A stretch of 64,000 nt of DNA from Octopus vulgaris. Taxonomy: Eukaryota. The first letter of the stretch is position 1; each line of letters opens with the position of its first letter. A model generated the notes under the pieces. It did not search any database. It was not told the DNA's origin and saw only the letters and a program-made list of their open reading frames with translations. The DNA is taken from the NCBI GenBank assembly GCA_951406725.2, contig OX597816.1, positions 89,776,001-89,840,000 of the forward strand. The letters are read 5' to 3'. This document shows positions 1-12,690 of this stretch, in pieces. Position numbers and translations under genes: made by a program.

Positions 1-1495
1 GATGAGGGTATCTTTTAGTTCATGTAGTCGTGTATCTCTGGTGTTTGCATTAGAAACTATAGTACATATCCTTTTTGCTAGATTGAAGGGGATATTCATT
101 CTTGTGTGTCTGGGGTGGCATGAATTGAATGGTAGCTATTGCTTGGAATCCATAGGCTTATAGTATATATCTGTTTCTATTACATTATTAGATTTCTTAA
201 TGAGGATGTCGATGAAGGGGAGTTGTTGCTGGCTATATTCCATTGTGAATTGGATGTTTACGTCCAGTCCATTTAAAATTGCTTGGAATTCTTTGAGTTT
301 CTCTATATTTTCATGCCAAAGAATGAAACAGTCATCTAGGTATCTCTTCCAGTTGTTTTCTATGTAGAGGGAGAAAGTGCTGCCATATCTTTCTAGAACC
401 TTACGATACAGACTGATTTCTAGATATCCTATGAATAGGTTGGCAAAGGAGGGGACCATTTGCGTACCCATCGCAGTCCCCGATTTTTGTCGGTAGAAGT
501 TGTCTTTGAAGGCGAAGTAGTTATTTTTGATGCGATGTGGGAGTTCGTTGGCGTGATTCTCTAGCCAGAATTGAATTGCCTCTATTCCTAGGTTGTGGGG
601 GATATTGGAATAGAGGTTGACTACATCGAAGGATACTAGTAGGGTGTTTTTGTTTATTGTTTTAGGCAGGTGATTGAGCATATCCAGGTCATCCCTTATA
701 TAGCTTTTGACATGTTTAAGGAGTGGTTTTAAGAGGGTATCTAAAAAGTTACTGAGGCGGTGGGTTTTGAATGTGGGACCTGCTATTATCGGTCTTAATT
801 TGAGGTCATTAGGATTAGGGACTTTAATTATTTTGTCTGTGGCTATCTTGCATGCGATACTTATTTTCTCACTTTTGTGTATCTTGGGAATACTGTAGAA
901 TTGGCTGGTTTTACTTGTGAAATTGGTCATATAGTCATATTCTTTGTCGGTGAGCCCTTCTTTGTATGGGTTTAACATGGATTTTAGTTCTCTCATTCTT
1001 TGCTGACTGTAGTTTGGGGCCTTTTCATAATATGTTGTGTCTTCCAACATAGATAGTACTGAAGTTATGTAAAATGTCGTGTCCATTAAAACAACTGCAC
1101 TCCCTTTACCGGCCTCTTTGATTGTTATTTTTTTGTCATTTTTTAATTTGTTCAGCTCAGCGCATTCTTTTTTGCTGAAGTTTTTTTTGTGTTTTTGTTT
1201 GTGCATATGTTGATTTTGGTAATTTGAGATGTGTTCACAGAAATGATCAAGAGTTTTGGTCTTAACTTTTGAGGGGGTGTAGTTACTCCTATTTCTGACA
1301 AATTATTCGTCCTCGTTGTATTTGTCGTATAGCTCCTCAGTAAGTCGTAATTTTTTACAGAATTCTGCGATGACTTCTTTCATTTCATTTTAGTTGGGTT
1401 GTTGTTGGGTGGGTGTAAACTTGAGTCCTTTCGAGGGTATATTGATTTGGTTTGCTGTTAGTTCATTGTGAGTTAGATTGATCATTTTTATCACT
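1..1495 (-). mobile_element. Penelope-like element (PLE), reverse transcriptase region, degenerate; continues beyond the left edge
   Basis: ORF 136..1206(-) has PLE-type RT motifs: YSIPKIHK, LRPIIAG, LVSFDVVNLYSNI, GTAMGT, RYLDDCF, LPFIDI, TDIYYKP. Upstream sequence to ~1495 reads like the usual PLE N-terminal segment (INLTHNEL..KGLKFTPT). Confidence 0.88.
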
Positions 1496-1549
1496 TTTGG
1501 TTCCTCCTGCCTGTTTGGTGCTATCTTATGTTTCTATGTTTTCGTATTG

Positions 1550-2430
1550 GGTCTTAAAATTCCCCCAAAACAGAAAAATAGCATTCAGCCAACACATAGA
1601 TATTTGCACTAACAACAAAACTCCCTCTACCAATTCAGGGACGATAGAACCGGGAGCCAACGAATTAGTAAATAAACTTTCTTTATTACAAAATAAAGGC
1701 CCCTTCTGAACGCGTCTACGACAAACGATATATCCACCTCGGCCTTAGAATAACACAAATACACACGCAAAAAGTACATTCCTAAGAATCCATTAAAAAT
1801 CAGCCCCAATCACTGCTATAATCCATAACATGCCAACTTTAAGTCATCCAACACCTCACTACTTTCACTCATTCATATTTTCCCTTCTTTTTATTTTTCT
1901 TCTTCTTCTTTCTCCTACCCCTTCTCCTTCCTTCTCCTACCTAACTTTATCACTAATGCTTTTTAGTATAACACCTATGCAAATCCTATAAACAAACCTT
2001 TCAATAGAAATTTTTGAAAACGGTCCTTAAGTAACAAAACACTTTGATAAACTCAGTAGCGACGACAAACTTCATGCCACGACATACAGAGAGGATGCTC
2101 TTGAAGCCGAGAATTTGAATTTACGGAGACAATATTTACATATCGCCTGAGGAAACACAGCTAGATCTCATAATGCAAGGGAACGGTTGCGTAATGAAGT
2201 AGATTCACGCCTGCAGGACTTCGTTGTGTACAAACAATTGTAGTGATTGAAAATAAATGTCCGCCATGATTGATCGCTAAATCCACAAGTTTTTATATTC
2301 TTTCTTGCTGAAAAGCCTAGGTTTGAAATGTAAAAGACTTTCTCACTTTCCTGAGCGTGAAACAAATGCATCTGCTTGGTGTTCATACACCTGTCTTCGT
2401 CTTTTGTTTTATTAATAAATTTCAACTGTA
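1550..2430 (+). mobile_element. PLE 3' end (GIY-YIG C-terminal remnant, 3' UTR, decayed hammerhead-like motif), inverted relative to the RT at 1-1495
   Basis: The + strand reads KFPQNRKIAFSQHIDICTNNK, resembling the end of a PLE endonuclease. The tail carries tgctgaaaagcctaggtttgaaatgtaaaaga at ~2300-2337 and ends in (TA)n. The tail segment 2020-2430 recurs at ~19730, ~37645 and ~39690. Confidence 0.6.
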
Positions 2431-2431
2431 T

Positions 2432-2490
<59 letters not shown>

Positions 2491-2515
2491 CACACACATA
2501 CACACGAACACGCAT

Positions 2516-2580
<65 letters not shown>

Positions 2581-3148
2581 ATGAATGAGTATAGACAGCT
2601 CTTTTGAATGAGTTCATGTAGCCATTTTCAGGCTACTTTAAAACTTGAAACTCATATCAGAGTAAATCACTGTAACCACTACTATTAAGGATATAATAAA
2701 AATTATCCGCTCAAAAAAGCCATCTCTACTCATACGTCACAGTTTCAAGAATATTCAGTCATATTTCGCAATGACACTACATAAACCACAAGGATACACC
2801 ATGCAGAATGTCTTAGTTTATTTTGAGAAACCAGAATCCCAGCATGGTAAAAAGCTTATGACTTTAACCGGGGAATAAGAAAGGAAAACGTTAAAGAAGG
2901 GAAAGTTTGTCAGAAATATTCGCATAAAACTCGGTCTAGTTTAAACAACCAAGAAGTACAGTTGTGGTGTGTAATACGGGAAGCAGTATCAAAACCCTTT
3001 CAGACAATACTTTCATATTTATAATTTACTTTTTGCATTGAATAAATTAGTATTTGCCTTGTACAAATGAATGCAATGAAAAGTTAGATTAACACACACA
3101 CACTTATTTATATTCATATATATATATATATGCATATAAATATGTATG

Positions 3149-3202
<54 letters not shown>

Positions 3203-3821
3203 TTATGATTCCCATTCAGCTAAACTTTCAAAGAAGTCAGTGCACTATTTACTGGGCAACGCTGGGTAGCAAGTCTTGTACTTTATAATTTTAAATTGCA
3301 GTAAATCTACATGAATTGCATTAAATTGTCCAAAGAAAATTTCTTATTTTTTTGTCTGTTTATGCTATAAGAAATAGTTTGGACTAATTTACTTTTACTT
3401 TCATTTTCCACTTAAGCACCAATGAGGCCACCACCACTTAAAAGTAAGTAGCGTTTTCCATGCCCATTCGTCTGTTTATCTGTCAAGTTACTATATATGT
3501 ATCTAAGCTTACTTTCTGCCTCTCATCGATAAATTAGAAATTGCTAATTTAAAATTCAATGTACTACTACTACTACTACTACAACTACTACTAATACTAC
3601 TACTACTGCTACTACTACTACTACAACTACTACTACTACTACCACTGCTTCTACATGATACTAATATTAATACTAATAATGTTAATAAATGTAGCAATTT
3701 GAATTCTATGGAAGGAGATAATCGATTACAATGGCCAGAGTTTCTGAGTGAATTATAACGCGTAGTATTTCGAAGTAGCTGCCTCAGTGTAAATTTGTTT
3801 TTCTGCTTTGTTTCGGTTAAA

Positions 3822-3925
<104 letters not shown>

Positions 3926-4439
3926 GATGGAGGCTTAGCTCTGTTCTAGTCTGTTGACGTGTTGTTTTGCTTCTTCCGAGTGTTGTTAATTTTTGTCCAA
4001 TGGAACTGAACTAAAGGCTTTTTTCAATATCGGCAAAGGACTGAGTGTTTTGCTGCGCTTTCGCTAACGCTATTACTGCTGTAACTACTTTCATTGTTGT
4101 CGCTGCTGTTATTGCTTATTATTAGTACTGGAACTGTCTATTTCTGTTGCTACTGCTTGTTGCTCCAGTGGCATTGCGCTGGAAATGAATTCTTCTCTCC
4201 CACTGGAGATTGTATGGGTTTCTATGACATATCACCTCTGTTGCTGTTGACGTTGCTGTTCTTAGTGTTGTCGCTACTGCTGTAGCCGTTATTGTTAGTT
4301 ACTACTACGTGTGCATTATTGCGTAGTGGGAAGAGTTGAATTCAAATGAGAGTTACATTTTCTGCCTTCCTCACATGTTGCCGGCTGGCAAAGGCGTAGC
4401 GCTTTTGAAAAGTTTTGCCACATATGTCAAATAAAAGAA

Positions 4440-7098
4440 ACGGTTGATAAGTCCCCTATAGTTCTGGCGTCGTTCATAACAAGGCAGAACAATAAAATCA
4501 ATAAAAGTAAACCTCTAACTAGTAAACGACACAGAAACTCAAAATGAGTTCAGACGAAAAACAACAATAATAACGACAACAACAACAAAGACAACAGCAA
4601 CAATAATAGTAATGATAATAGTGGTGATAATAACGGTCACCCCGTCAATTTTGACGTTAGAATGTTTGAAGGAAACGTTAAGAAAATAAAGATTAATATT
4701 CAGAAGAATTAACACAAAATGTTATAGCATGAAAAGTCAAATTAAAAGTCAGTTGATTCTAGATGCAAAAGTTTCGAGCAGAATAGACTGTTCCGATCAA
4801 ATAGACTGTTCCGATCAAATAGACAGCGCCTATTTGAGGAAATAGAGGAGGCCAACACTAGGAACTGTTTCCAGATGCGGAAGAAAGTAAAGAATTTTGA
4901 GGAAGGCTGTGAAACACTCCGGCGAGACATAAAGAAAGCGCGGAAAGACTAACAAAGTTGGAAAGACGACTTGTAGCTGTACCAAGAAAAAAAAGACGTC
5001 AGAATTAATCTATATACAGTGAGACAGAAGTTTTAAAAAATAACAAATTGGAAAGGACCAGGCCGGATGGAGTACAAGGTTGTTGGTTGAAGAGCGTTAC
5101 ACTGTTGCATGAAAGGTTCGCTTTGCAACTGGGTGACTACCTGCAGCAAGATCACGTCCTTGCCTGGATGAAAAGTGGACGAACGCTACTATGCCTCAAG
5201 GATCCCTTCAAAGGGAAATTAGCATCAAATTTTCGACCCATACCCTGTTTACCACTAATGTAGAAGCTTATGACCGGTGTCTTGGAGGAAGAGTTATACA
5301 ACCATCTGGAAAGTAACTATCTACTTCCAGAAGAACAGAAAGGAGCAGGCCTCAAAGAAGGCTAAGAAAAGTTCATATATCATAAAATGATATAAACAAT
5401 GTAAAGAAACTTGACAATATAAAGAAACATTATAAGGAATTTTGACAGAAAATCTAAGTAGTTGTTGTCGATGTATTAAGCTCACCACCCGAAAGCTGAT
5501 ATCAACTGGCTGCACTTGAAGAGAGATCATGTAGAAGAGGCTTAATTGCAGTCGAAGAATGTGTACAGATGGAAAGAAAAGGTCTAGTAGAGTATTTACA
5601 AAGAACAAAAACTACTAAAGGAGTTAATAAGAAACAAGTGATAAAGCGTATGATTGGAGAAAAGGACAAGAATGAAATCATAAGAGAGCACGTCAGACAG
5701 ATCGAAGTGAAACCTCTGCATAGCCATTTTTGGAGCGCCACTGAAGACGTATATAGAACGAAATCCTGTGCTTGGTTAAAAAACTGGGCAATTAAAAAAG
5801 GAAACGGAGAGCATAATCGTAGGAGCCCAAGATCAAGCGATAAAAACAAAGAACATGAGAAAAAATATATAGGAGAGGATGTGTGGGAAAAATGTAGAGT
5901 CTGTGGAAGTTGGAAAGAAAAATGTAGAGCCTATTGGTATTGACACATCGTGGAAGAATGCCCCAAATTGGCACAATATTAGAAATGAAGACACGACCAG
6001 TTTGTAAAAGTTTTATATTGGAAACTGTGCCAGAAATGGAGTTTTGAAGTTGGTACAATCATCACATGGCACAATCACCGAGTCGAAAGAGTACAGGAGT
6101 CGGAGAAATCCAAAGTTTTGTGATACTTTCCTATTCAAACTGACAAGAAGTTAGATAATAATAGACCAGATATGACAATTATAGATAAAGAAAAACGAAG
6201 CTGTTTACTTATCGCTCCATCAGGTCCGTTTGATTTCAGGATCGTAAAGAAAGAGAAAGAAAATAAAGAAAATACAATCCGTTAAAATTTGAAATCGGAA
6301 GAATTTGGAACATGCGGAAAATAAAGGTCGTGCCTATGATAATTAGTTTGTTGGGAACAGTAAGCCAAAATACAGACAAATGGTTGCAGGAGAATGAAAT
6401 AGAATGCCCGATAGAGCTCCTATAGAAAGTTTGTTAGGAACAACAAGGATTACCAGAAGTATTCTAAGCACTTGGAAGACTGCTGAAAATTTTGTGGATA
6501 TCTAATGTTATAGGTAGTAACATTCTACCCACATAAATCCCACCAGGAATAAGACCGAACCTGAGCCAAACGAAAATAATAATAACTCGTATCGTAAGTG
6601 AATGTAGCATGCTGGCACAGAAAGAATACAAAAGACATGACATTCTCGAGAGAGTAATCCATGGAGAGTTATGTAGAATGCTAGGATGTGAACATACTAA
6701 TAAATGATATGAACATGAACCTAGTAAAGTACTAAAAGGTAAGAGATACAAGATGTTGAACATTCAGGCTGACAGAGTAATAGAGTCTAGAACGCCTGAT
6801 TTCGTAGTAGTAGATAAAGAGAATAGAAAGTGCCAGATAATTGACTTTACAGTCCCAAATAATGAAAATATCAATATGAGAGGTATAGGAAAATAGCAAA
6901 GTACCAGGACCTAGCCATTGAATTGCGGAGATAATGGAAAGTGCGGGTAAAATGTAACCCAGTGAAGATCTGAACAGATTGATAGAGGAAATAGGCATAA
7001 AACCCAGTTTAGTATAGTCCAGGAAACTTAGGAGGGTTCTTGGCATCTAAGGTTACTTGTTATAGCCCAATGTTTGGATTTTTTCTCTTCCAACAGTC
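4440..7098 (+). mobile_element. Degenerate R4/Dong-like non-LTR retrotransposon (RT plus REL endonuclease), probably more than one fragment
   Basis: Remnant motifs RPDGVQGCWLK, GRTLLCLKDP, SNFRPIPCLPLM, KCRVCG zinc knuckle and NRPDMTIIDK endonuclease. It ends directly in a (TAA)n array, the known Dong-type target. Confidence 0.75.
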
Positions 7099-7099
7099 T

Positions 7100-7121
7100 A
7101 ATCTGTTGAGTGCATGTGATG

Positions 7122-7194
<73 letters not shown>

Positions 7195-7216
7195 TAATAA
7201 TAATAATAATAACTAT

Positions 7217-7274
<58 letters not shown>

Positions 7275-7296
7275 GTAATAATAATAGTAATAATAA
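7100..7296. repeat. (TAA)n microsatellite
   Basis: Directly visible; the copy at ~24627-24704 is shorter. Confidence 0.97.
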
Positions 7297-7399
7297 AAAT
7301 GATGATGACAACAATAGTAAATATATTGGAGATCGGTTTTGGGTAAATAAATGCCCAATACTAACTATGATGAGAGACTGGGCAGTAAACCCAGATGGC

Positions 7400-7595
7400 A
7401 TAAAATCAACTAAAGATAACGTCATCAGACCAATGTAGAGATGATTGGAAGTAGTCCTTTTTGCAATGTAGACACACATTTTTGTTTCCCTCACACACCA
7501 CCAGCTCAGTTCGACCATTGCTCCAAATTGCTCCCCAGATTATCAAAGAATGATAACCGCCATGTTTCATTGTTGGCTGCAATCTTTTCATGTCA
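7400..7595 (-). mobile_element. Tc1-like transposase fragment (copy at ~24815-25010)
   Basis: ORF 7406..7591(-) reads PTMKHGG..IIWGAIWSNGRTELVVCEG, typical of the Tc1 DDE domain. Confidence 0.65.
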
Positions 7596-7994
7596 AATTC
7601 TTGATTACAGAGAACAAAAATGAGAAAAAAACTCGCATAATAATCGACATAGCAAGTCCCGGTGACATAGTAAGACCAAAGAAAAACAAAAGGAGAAAAG
7701 GGACCAACTATGACGATTTGAAGTGAGAAATATGCAGGTTATGTGAAATGAAGAGTGGTCGTGATACCAATAGTGACTGGCGCGCTTGGAAGTATCAGTG
7801 TCCGATTTCCAGCACGTCTTAAAAAGTTTCGTATAAATGTAATGGTAGAACACCTACCGAAATCACCATTACATATATATCTGTAAGAGTCGTCCGCATG
7901 ATTGTTGACGCATGATTAGCTAGCAAGTGTCAATTGACACTTTCCATCATAGTCAACAAAATTAACTGAGAGTTTTCATTAAATGATAACAAAC

Positions 7995-8139
7995 CTTTCT
8001 ATCATAGGCACAAGGCCTGAAATTGGGTGGGTGGGGCAGTCGATTAGATCGCCCCCAGTACGAAATTGGGATTTGAGCTCAGAACGTAACGACGGGTGAA
8101 ATATCGCTATGCGTTTTGTCCAGCACACCGCCTTAGATA

Positions 8140-8191
<52 letters not shown>

Positions 8192-8360
8192 ACTACTACC
8201 AATGGTTTCAAATTTTGGAACAAGACCAGTTTTGGAGGAGGGGTAAAATAGATTAAATCAACCCCAGCACTCAACTGGTACTTATTTTATCGACCCGAAA
8301 TGATGAAAGGCAAAGTCATTTTAGCGGAATTTGAACTCGGAATGCAAAAGACGGTCGAAT
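7995..8360 (-). mobile_element. Two truncated tRNA-derived OR-type SINE copies separated by CTA/CTG repeats
   Basis: Conserved body gaccccag..actggtacttattttatcgacccgaaatgatgaaaggcaaagtc..ggaatttgaactc, shared with 11605-12056. Confidence 0.7.
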
Positions 8361-8524
8361 AAAAGAATTGCTTCTAACGAAGGTACAATGCCTAAAATAT
8401 GGTTGAAGGGAATAGTTGCTTAATACATGACTAGTACTTTATCACATCGAATCTAGGAGGTTGAAAGACAAGCTATACCTCAGTAAGATTTCGAGGTAGA
8501 AGACAATGGACACTCAGTGAAATA

Positions 8525-9090
8525 TTGGGTTGTCCGGAAAGTTCGTACCGATTTATAGTAGCTTACATTTCGACTTATTTTAGAACATGTTTGAGTCCAT
8601 AAAATAGGATTTGACTACATCTCCATGTAGAGCACAGTTTAAGCTATCTTTTCGGGGTAGATGGTTTATGTTCCTATAGCCTGTGTTCATTCTGTAAACC
8701 TTTAAAATGGCAGATAAGAAAGTTCATTTTCGGCACTTGATTCTTTGGGAACCAGACAAAAATTGCTGCAGCTCGGCTGGGAAGTGTTACCCCACCCTCC
8801 ATATTCACCAGATATTGCTCCTTCGGATTTCCACTTATTCAGGTCTGTGCAGAATAGTCTTAATTGTAAAAATTTCAATTCCTTGGTTGACGTAAAGAGA
8901 TACCTCGATGAATTCTTTGCCATGAAACCACCTCAATTCTGCGAAGAGGGTATTTTCAAGTTAAAGGAAAGATGGAGGCGCATTGTGCATCAAAATGGTT
9001 CATATTTAGTTGTTCAAAAATGTAATGACAAGTATTTATTGACCTTTTTCTTTCCTTTAACAATCGGCACGAACTTTCCGGACAACCTAA
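8525..9090 (+). mobile_element. Internally deleted mariner element (non-autonomous)
   Basis: TIRs TTGGGTTGTCCGGAAAGTTCGTACCGATT / AATCGGCACGAACTTTCCGGACAACCTAA flanked by TA. Transposase C-terminal motif WEVLPHPPYSPDIAPSDFHLF. Confidence 0.92.
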
Positions 9091-9358
9091 TAAATACATT
9101 TATGGGTCTCTGGCATCAAATCTTACAATCCTACTATTTAAATGTTCTACTGATTACAAATAGAAGGAAATACACAGTTGAAATTGTAATAAAATTATAA
9201 TTACAAAAATAGTACCAGTCATAATAATTGTGTCGATAATATTCGTAAAGAGGCGTATTACAAAAATATAAAACTGTACATATCAAATAGAAAATTTTAA
9301 ATACATAAATAACAGCCTCACACGTCTTACCTTCTTTTTCAAATTGTCTCTGTTTTAG

Positions 9359-9924
9359 CCTGTGAAAATGCCGTTGCTGATGTTATGTTCGTGTTGGATG
9401 AATCTGGAAGTGTTGGAAGCAATAACTATAAAAAAATGAAGGAGTTTGTAAGCCACATAGTGAAATCCTTTCCAATTGGTCCAAAACATGTTCGTGTCGG
9501 AGCTATTAGATTCGCAAAGGTTACAACTCCACAGTTTGCATTGAATAGCTATAATGACAAAAACTTAGTACTAAAAGGCATTAACAGTATACCCTACAGA
9601 GGTGGTAATACTAAAACGCACAAGGCCCTCAATTACTTGAGAACTACCTCATTTACACAAGCGGCAGGGGATAGAAAAGATGCCCCGAATATTGCAATTA
9701 TTCTAACAGATGGCAAATCCACCAACCAAAGAGAAACAATTACGGCGGCAAAAAAATTACGAAACGCGAACGTGATTGTTTTTGCTATCGGAATCGGTAA
9801 CAATCTTAACGAACTTGAGTTGAAAGAAATTGGTAATTCACCAACAGATAAATACGTGTTTACAGTGAACAACTTTGATGCCTTAAAATCTATAGAAAGT
9901 GAATTAATAAAAAAACTTGTGAGG
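9359..9924 (+). CDS. Exon: von Willebrand factor A (vWA) domain 1 of a vWA/EGF/VWD modular extracellular protein
   Basis: Acceptor tgttttag|CC (phase 1). Translates xCENAVADVMFVLDESGSVG...GGNTKT...IILTDGKS...VFAIGIG, with an intact MIDAS (DxSxS, T, D). Best donor is GG|gtatgt; an alternative donor lies at 9929 (see finding). Confidence 0.9.
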
Positions 9925-10082
9925 GTATGTATGAAATTATTTATCACTAAATTGCTGTTCATCAACTGAAATATTCTGCTATTAGTATTTTAGCAGGTTT
10001 ATAGCAGTGTTATATTGTGTTGTATGAAAAACTCTTAAATATCGTCTATCTGAAATGTTTTATTGTTAGGGAATTATAACTA

Positions 10083-10522
10083 CATGGAAAAATGCGAGCA
10101 TGAAAAGTAATATTCTTAAGATTATAAACCTGCAAAAGTACAGGACAACTTATTACACCTGGAAAAGTATAGGACAGGTTAAAATATTGCAGCAAAGAAT
10201 TTATCACTCTTTACAGTTCTCATCTTTAAAATTTACTGTACAAAACTGTTCAACTAATTTATAATTTGTCTAATTAGTCACTTTCTTCTGTATTTAAGGT
10301 AATAAATTAGCCAAATTCTACTTAAATAAGTATAGTGTTATTTGTAATATTAATATTCAAATTTCAATTTTAGCTGCAATATTTTAAGTAAAATGTTTCT
10401 TATTCTTTACTTTACTAGAAAGAATGGCATGTCCTATGCTTGTCCAGGTGTAATAGCTTGTCCTGTAATTTACCATGTTATAATCTTAAGAATATTACTA
10501 TTCATGCTCGCATTTTTCCATG
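10083..10522. mobile_element. MITE with ~95 bp terminal inverted repeats
   Basis: TA-CATGGAAAAATGCGAGCATGAA...AGGAC pairs with GTCCT...TTCATGCTCGCATTTTTCCATG-TA; TA target duplication. Confidence 0.8.
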
Positions 10523-11604
10523 TAATCCATTATTTTTCAAGACATTGCTATTATAAGATCATTAATGTGTCAATAACTTAAGATTTTACCTTATAAATTA
10601 CTGAAAGATAATATTTCAGTTTTTCTATGTAAGTGATGATAATATTTCAATTTTTTTTTCATGTTTAATTTAGATATATGTGGTAATTGAATTATTTTAG
10701 TATTACCCATCCACACCAAAGTAATGACAGGATTTTACCAACTTGTGTGTTGCACCATGTCCCACCTAAAGTTACAAACAACAAGACCACAAAACCATCA
10801 GTTACCACACTCACATTATCCTAGATTTTGAGTTGGTTATAATAGCACTGACTGCTGCTAATTTAGATCTATCAATAATTATTCACTACAACAGTATTTA
10901 TAAAAGTATATCAGATATACACAAGTTAAAATTACCTATATCCCATTAATATAAATTTCAAGCCTGCCCATAGAGACACAGCCAGAAATGACTATATATC
11001 TGAAGCATATAACGCATTAATGAACTAGCCTGATTAAATAATTAACTAAAAAGAAAAGGAAAGAACTAAAAAGGAACAGCAAAAGAAACAAAAACAATGT
11101 AGAAAGCAACTTAATTAAAGCTGAAAGAGAAAATTTATATTAAAAGTTAAACTTACCCTAATTCAATAGCATGCAATTTTCTATCGTATAAGCCCAAGAA
11201 AAGTATACTTTTATTTTAAAATTAAAAAAATATATGCTAATTGAAAATGAACACCTGCACTACTGCCCACCTTCATATATTTTGATGTAACTTTTTTTCT
11301 ACCGAAACAAATCTCAAATTATTTATGCCAAAGTATAGCTGAGGAGTTGCCCTCTTGAAAATTATTAACAGTTTGCAATTTAGTTGAGAACTGAATTAGT
11401 GGTAAAGCTTGGAAGCTGCTGCATTTGACGAAATGGTGAACTTAAGAATATATTCAACAACTACCGTGGTTGAATGATGGTACAAACACATAAAATATAT
11501 AATTTCTATCCAGAAATATCTTTAAACTCAGTTTAGAAGTGATGTGTGTTCATTGTGGCCAGACAGTGATACTCTCCTTTTAAGCATGAAATCAAATAAA
11601 TATT

Positions 11605-12056
11605 CCTTTCTATTAATAAACATACCTGAAATTTCGATGGAGGGGCTAGTCGATAAGATCGACCCCACTACGCAATTGGTACTTAATTTATAGACCCTGA
11701 AAGGACAAAAGACAAATTCGACCCCGGCGGAATTTGTACTCAGAATGTAGCGACGGGCGAAATACCGCCAAGCATTTCGTCCAGCGTTCTAGTGATTCTG
11801 CCAGCTCACCGCCAGCAATAAATATTTATTTCTTTATTGCCCACAGGAGGCTAAACATAGAGGTTCTAACAAGGACAGACAAAGAGATTAAGTCGATGAA
11901 ATTGACCCCAGTGCGTAACTGATACTTATTTAATCGACGGCGAAAGAATGAAAGGCAAAGCGACCTCGGCGGAATTTGAACCCGGATCGTAGCGATGGGC
12001 GAAATACCGCCAATCATTTCGCCCAGCGTGCGAAAGAACTCGCCAGCTCACCGCTT
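11605..12056 (-). mobile_element. Two tandem tRNA-derived OR-type SINEs (copy at ~29018-29472)
   Basis: On the minus strand each starts GGCGGTGAGCTGGC..., has a GTTC(R)AATTCC B-box-like motif and a TAAATTAAGTACCAGT-like central domain. Confidence 0.8.
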
Positions 12057-12116
12057 TCAGTAAATATTCCTTTCTTCTCTAGACATAAGCCCCCTCCTCC
12101 TACTCCTACAACAACA

Positions 12117-12149
<33 letters not shown>

Positions 12150-12341
12150 GCTACTACTGCTGCTACTACTACTACTACTACTACTAATGCTACTACCACA
12201 ACTGTTGTCCGTAAGACATTCATTTATCCATTTTAACGCATTCATCTCAGGGATTCCAATGAATCATTAGAATTGTAGAAATTTTCACTTCGAGAAATCA
12301 TACTGGAAATATTGTTTGAATTTTGAAATATTGACTTCTAG

Positions 12342-12452
12342 CTGACCCATGTGACGCGAAACCATGCAAGAATAGTGGAGTGTGCAAAAGTAAAGGCAAT
12401 TCGTACACGTGTACATGCAAAACTGGATATTCTGGAGAAAATTGTGATAAAG
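12342..12452 (+). CDS. Exon: EGF-like domain (EGF-A, copy 1)
   Basis: ttctag|CT GAC CCA TGT ... GAT AAA G|gtaaga. 111 nt, phase 1-1. xDPCDAKPCKNSGVCKSKGNSYTCTCKTGYSGENCDK, with six Cys in EGF spacing. Confidence 0.93.
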
Positions 12453-12626
12453 GTAAGAAATTATTATAAACTTTTGGATTAATATGTATTTCATTTACAT
12501 ACGAAATACCAGATCTTTCTCAAACATGATATTTGTTTCTCCAGCGACAAGATTCAGCAATTGTACATTTATAAGTGCGTCAGACGCCATAGAAATATGT
12601 TACATATATTTATGTATGTGTATATA

Positions 12627-12681
<55 letters not shown>

Positions 12682-12690
12682 TTTTTTTTT

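Noticed and set aside
4094-4285. Hydrophobic 63-aa ORF identical in both units
   Set aside because: Low-complexity GTT/GCT-rich sequence with a non-ATG start; identity is explained by the recent duplication.
7040-7518. Poly-Asn/Ile/Tyr/Leu ORFs
   Set aside because: (TAA)n tail or target of the R4/Dong-like element.
9385-9969. Stand-alone 194-aa vWA gene as given by the ORF track
   Set aside because: No signal peptide; bounded by splice sites; it is an internal exon.
11976-12236. Thr-rich mucin-like ORF near the EGF exon
   Set aside because: Made of SINE sequence plus a (CTA)n microsatellite whose length differs between copies; no convincing splice sites.
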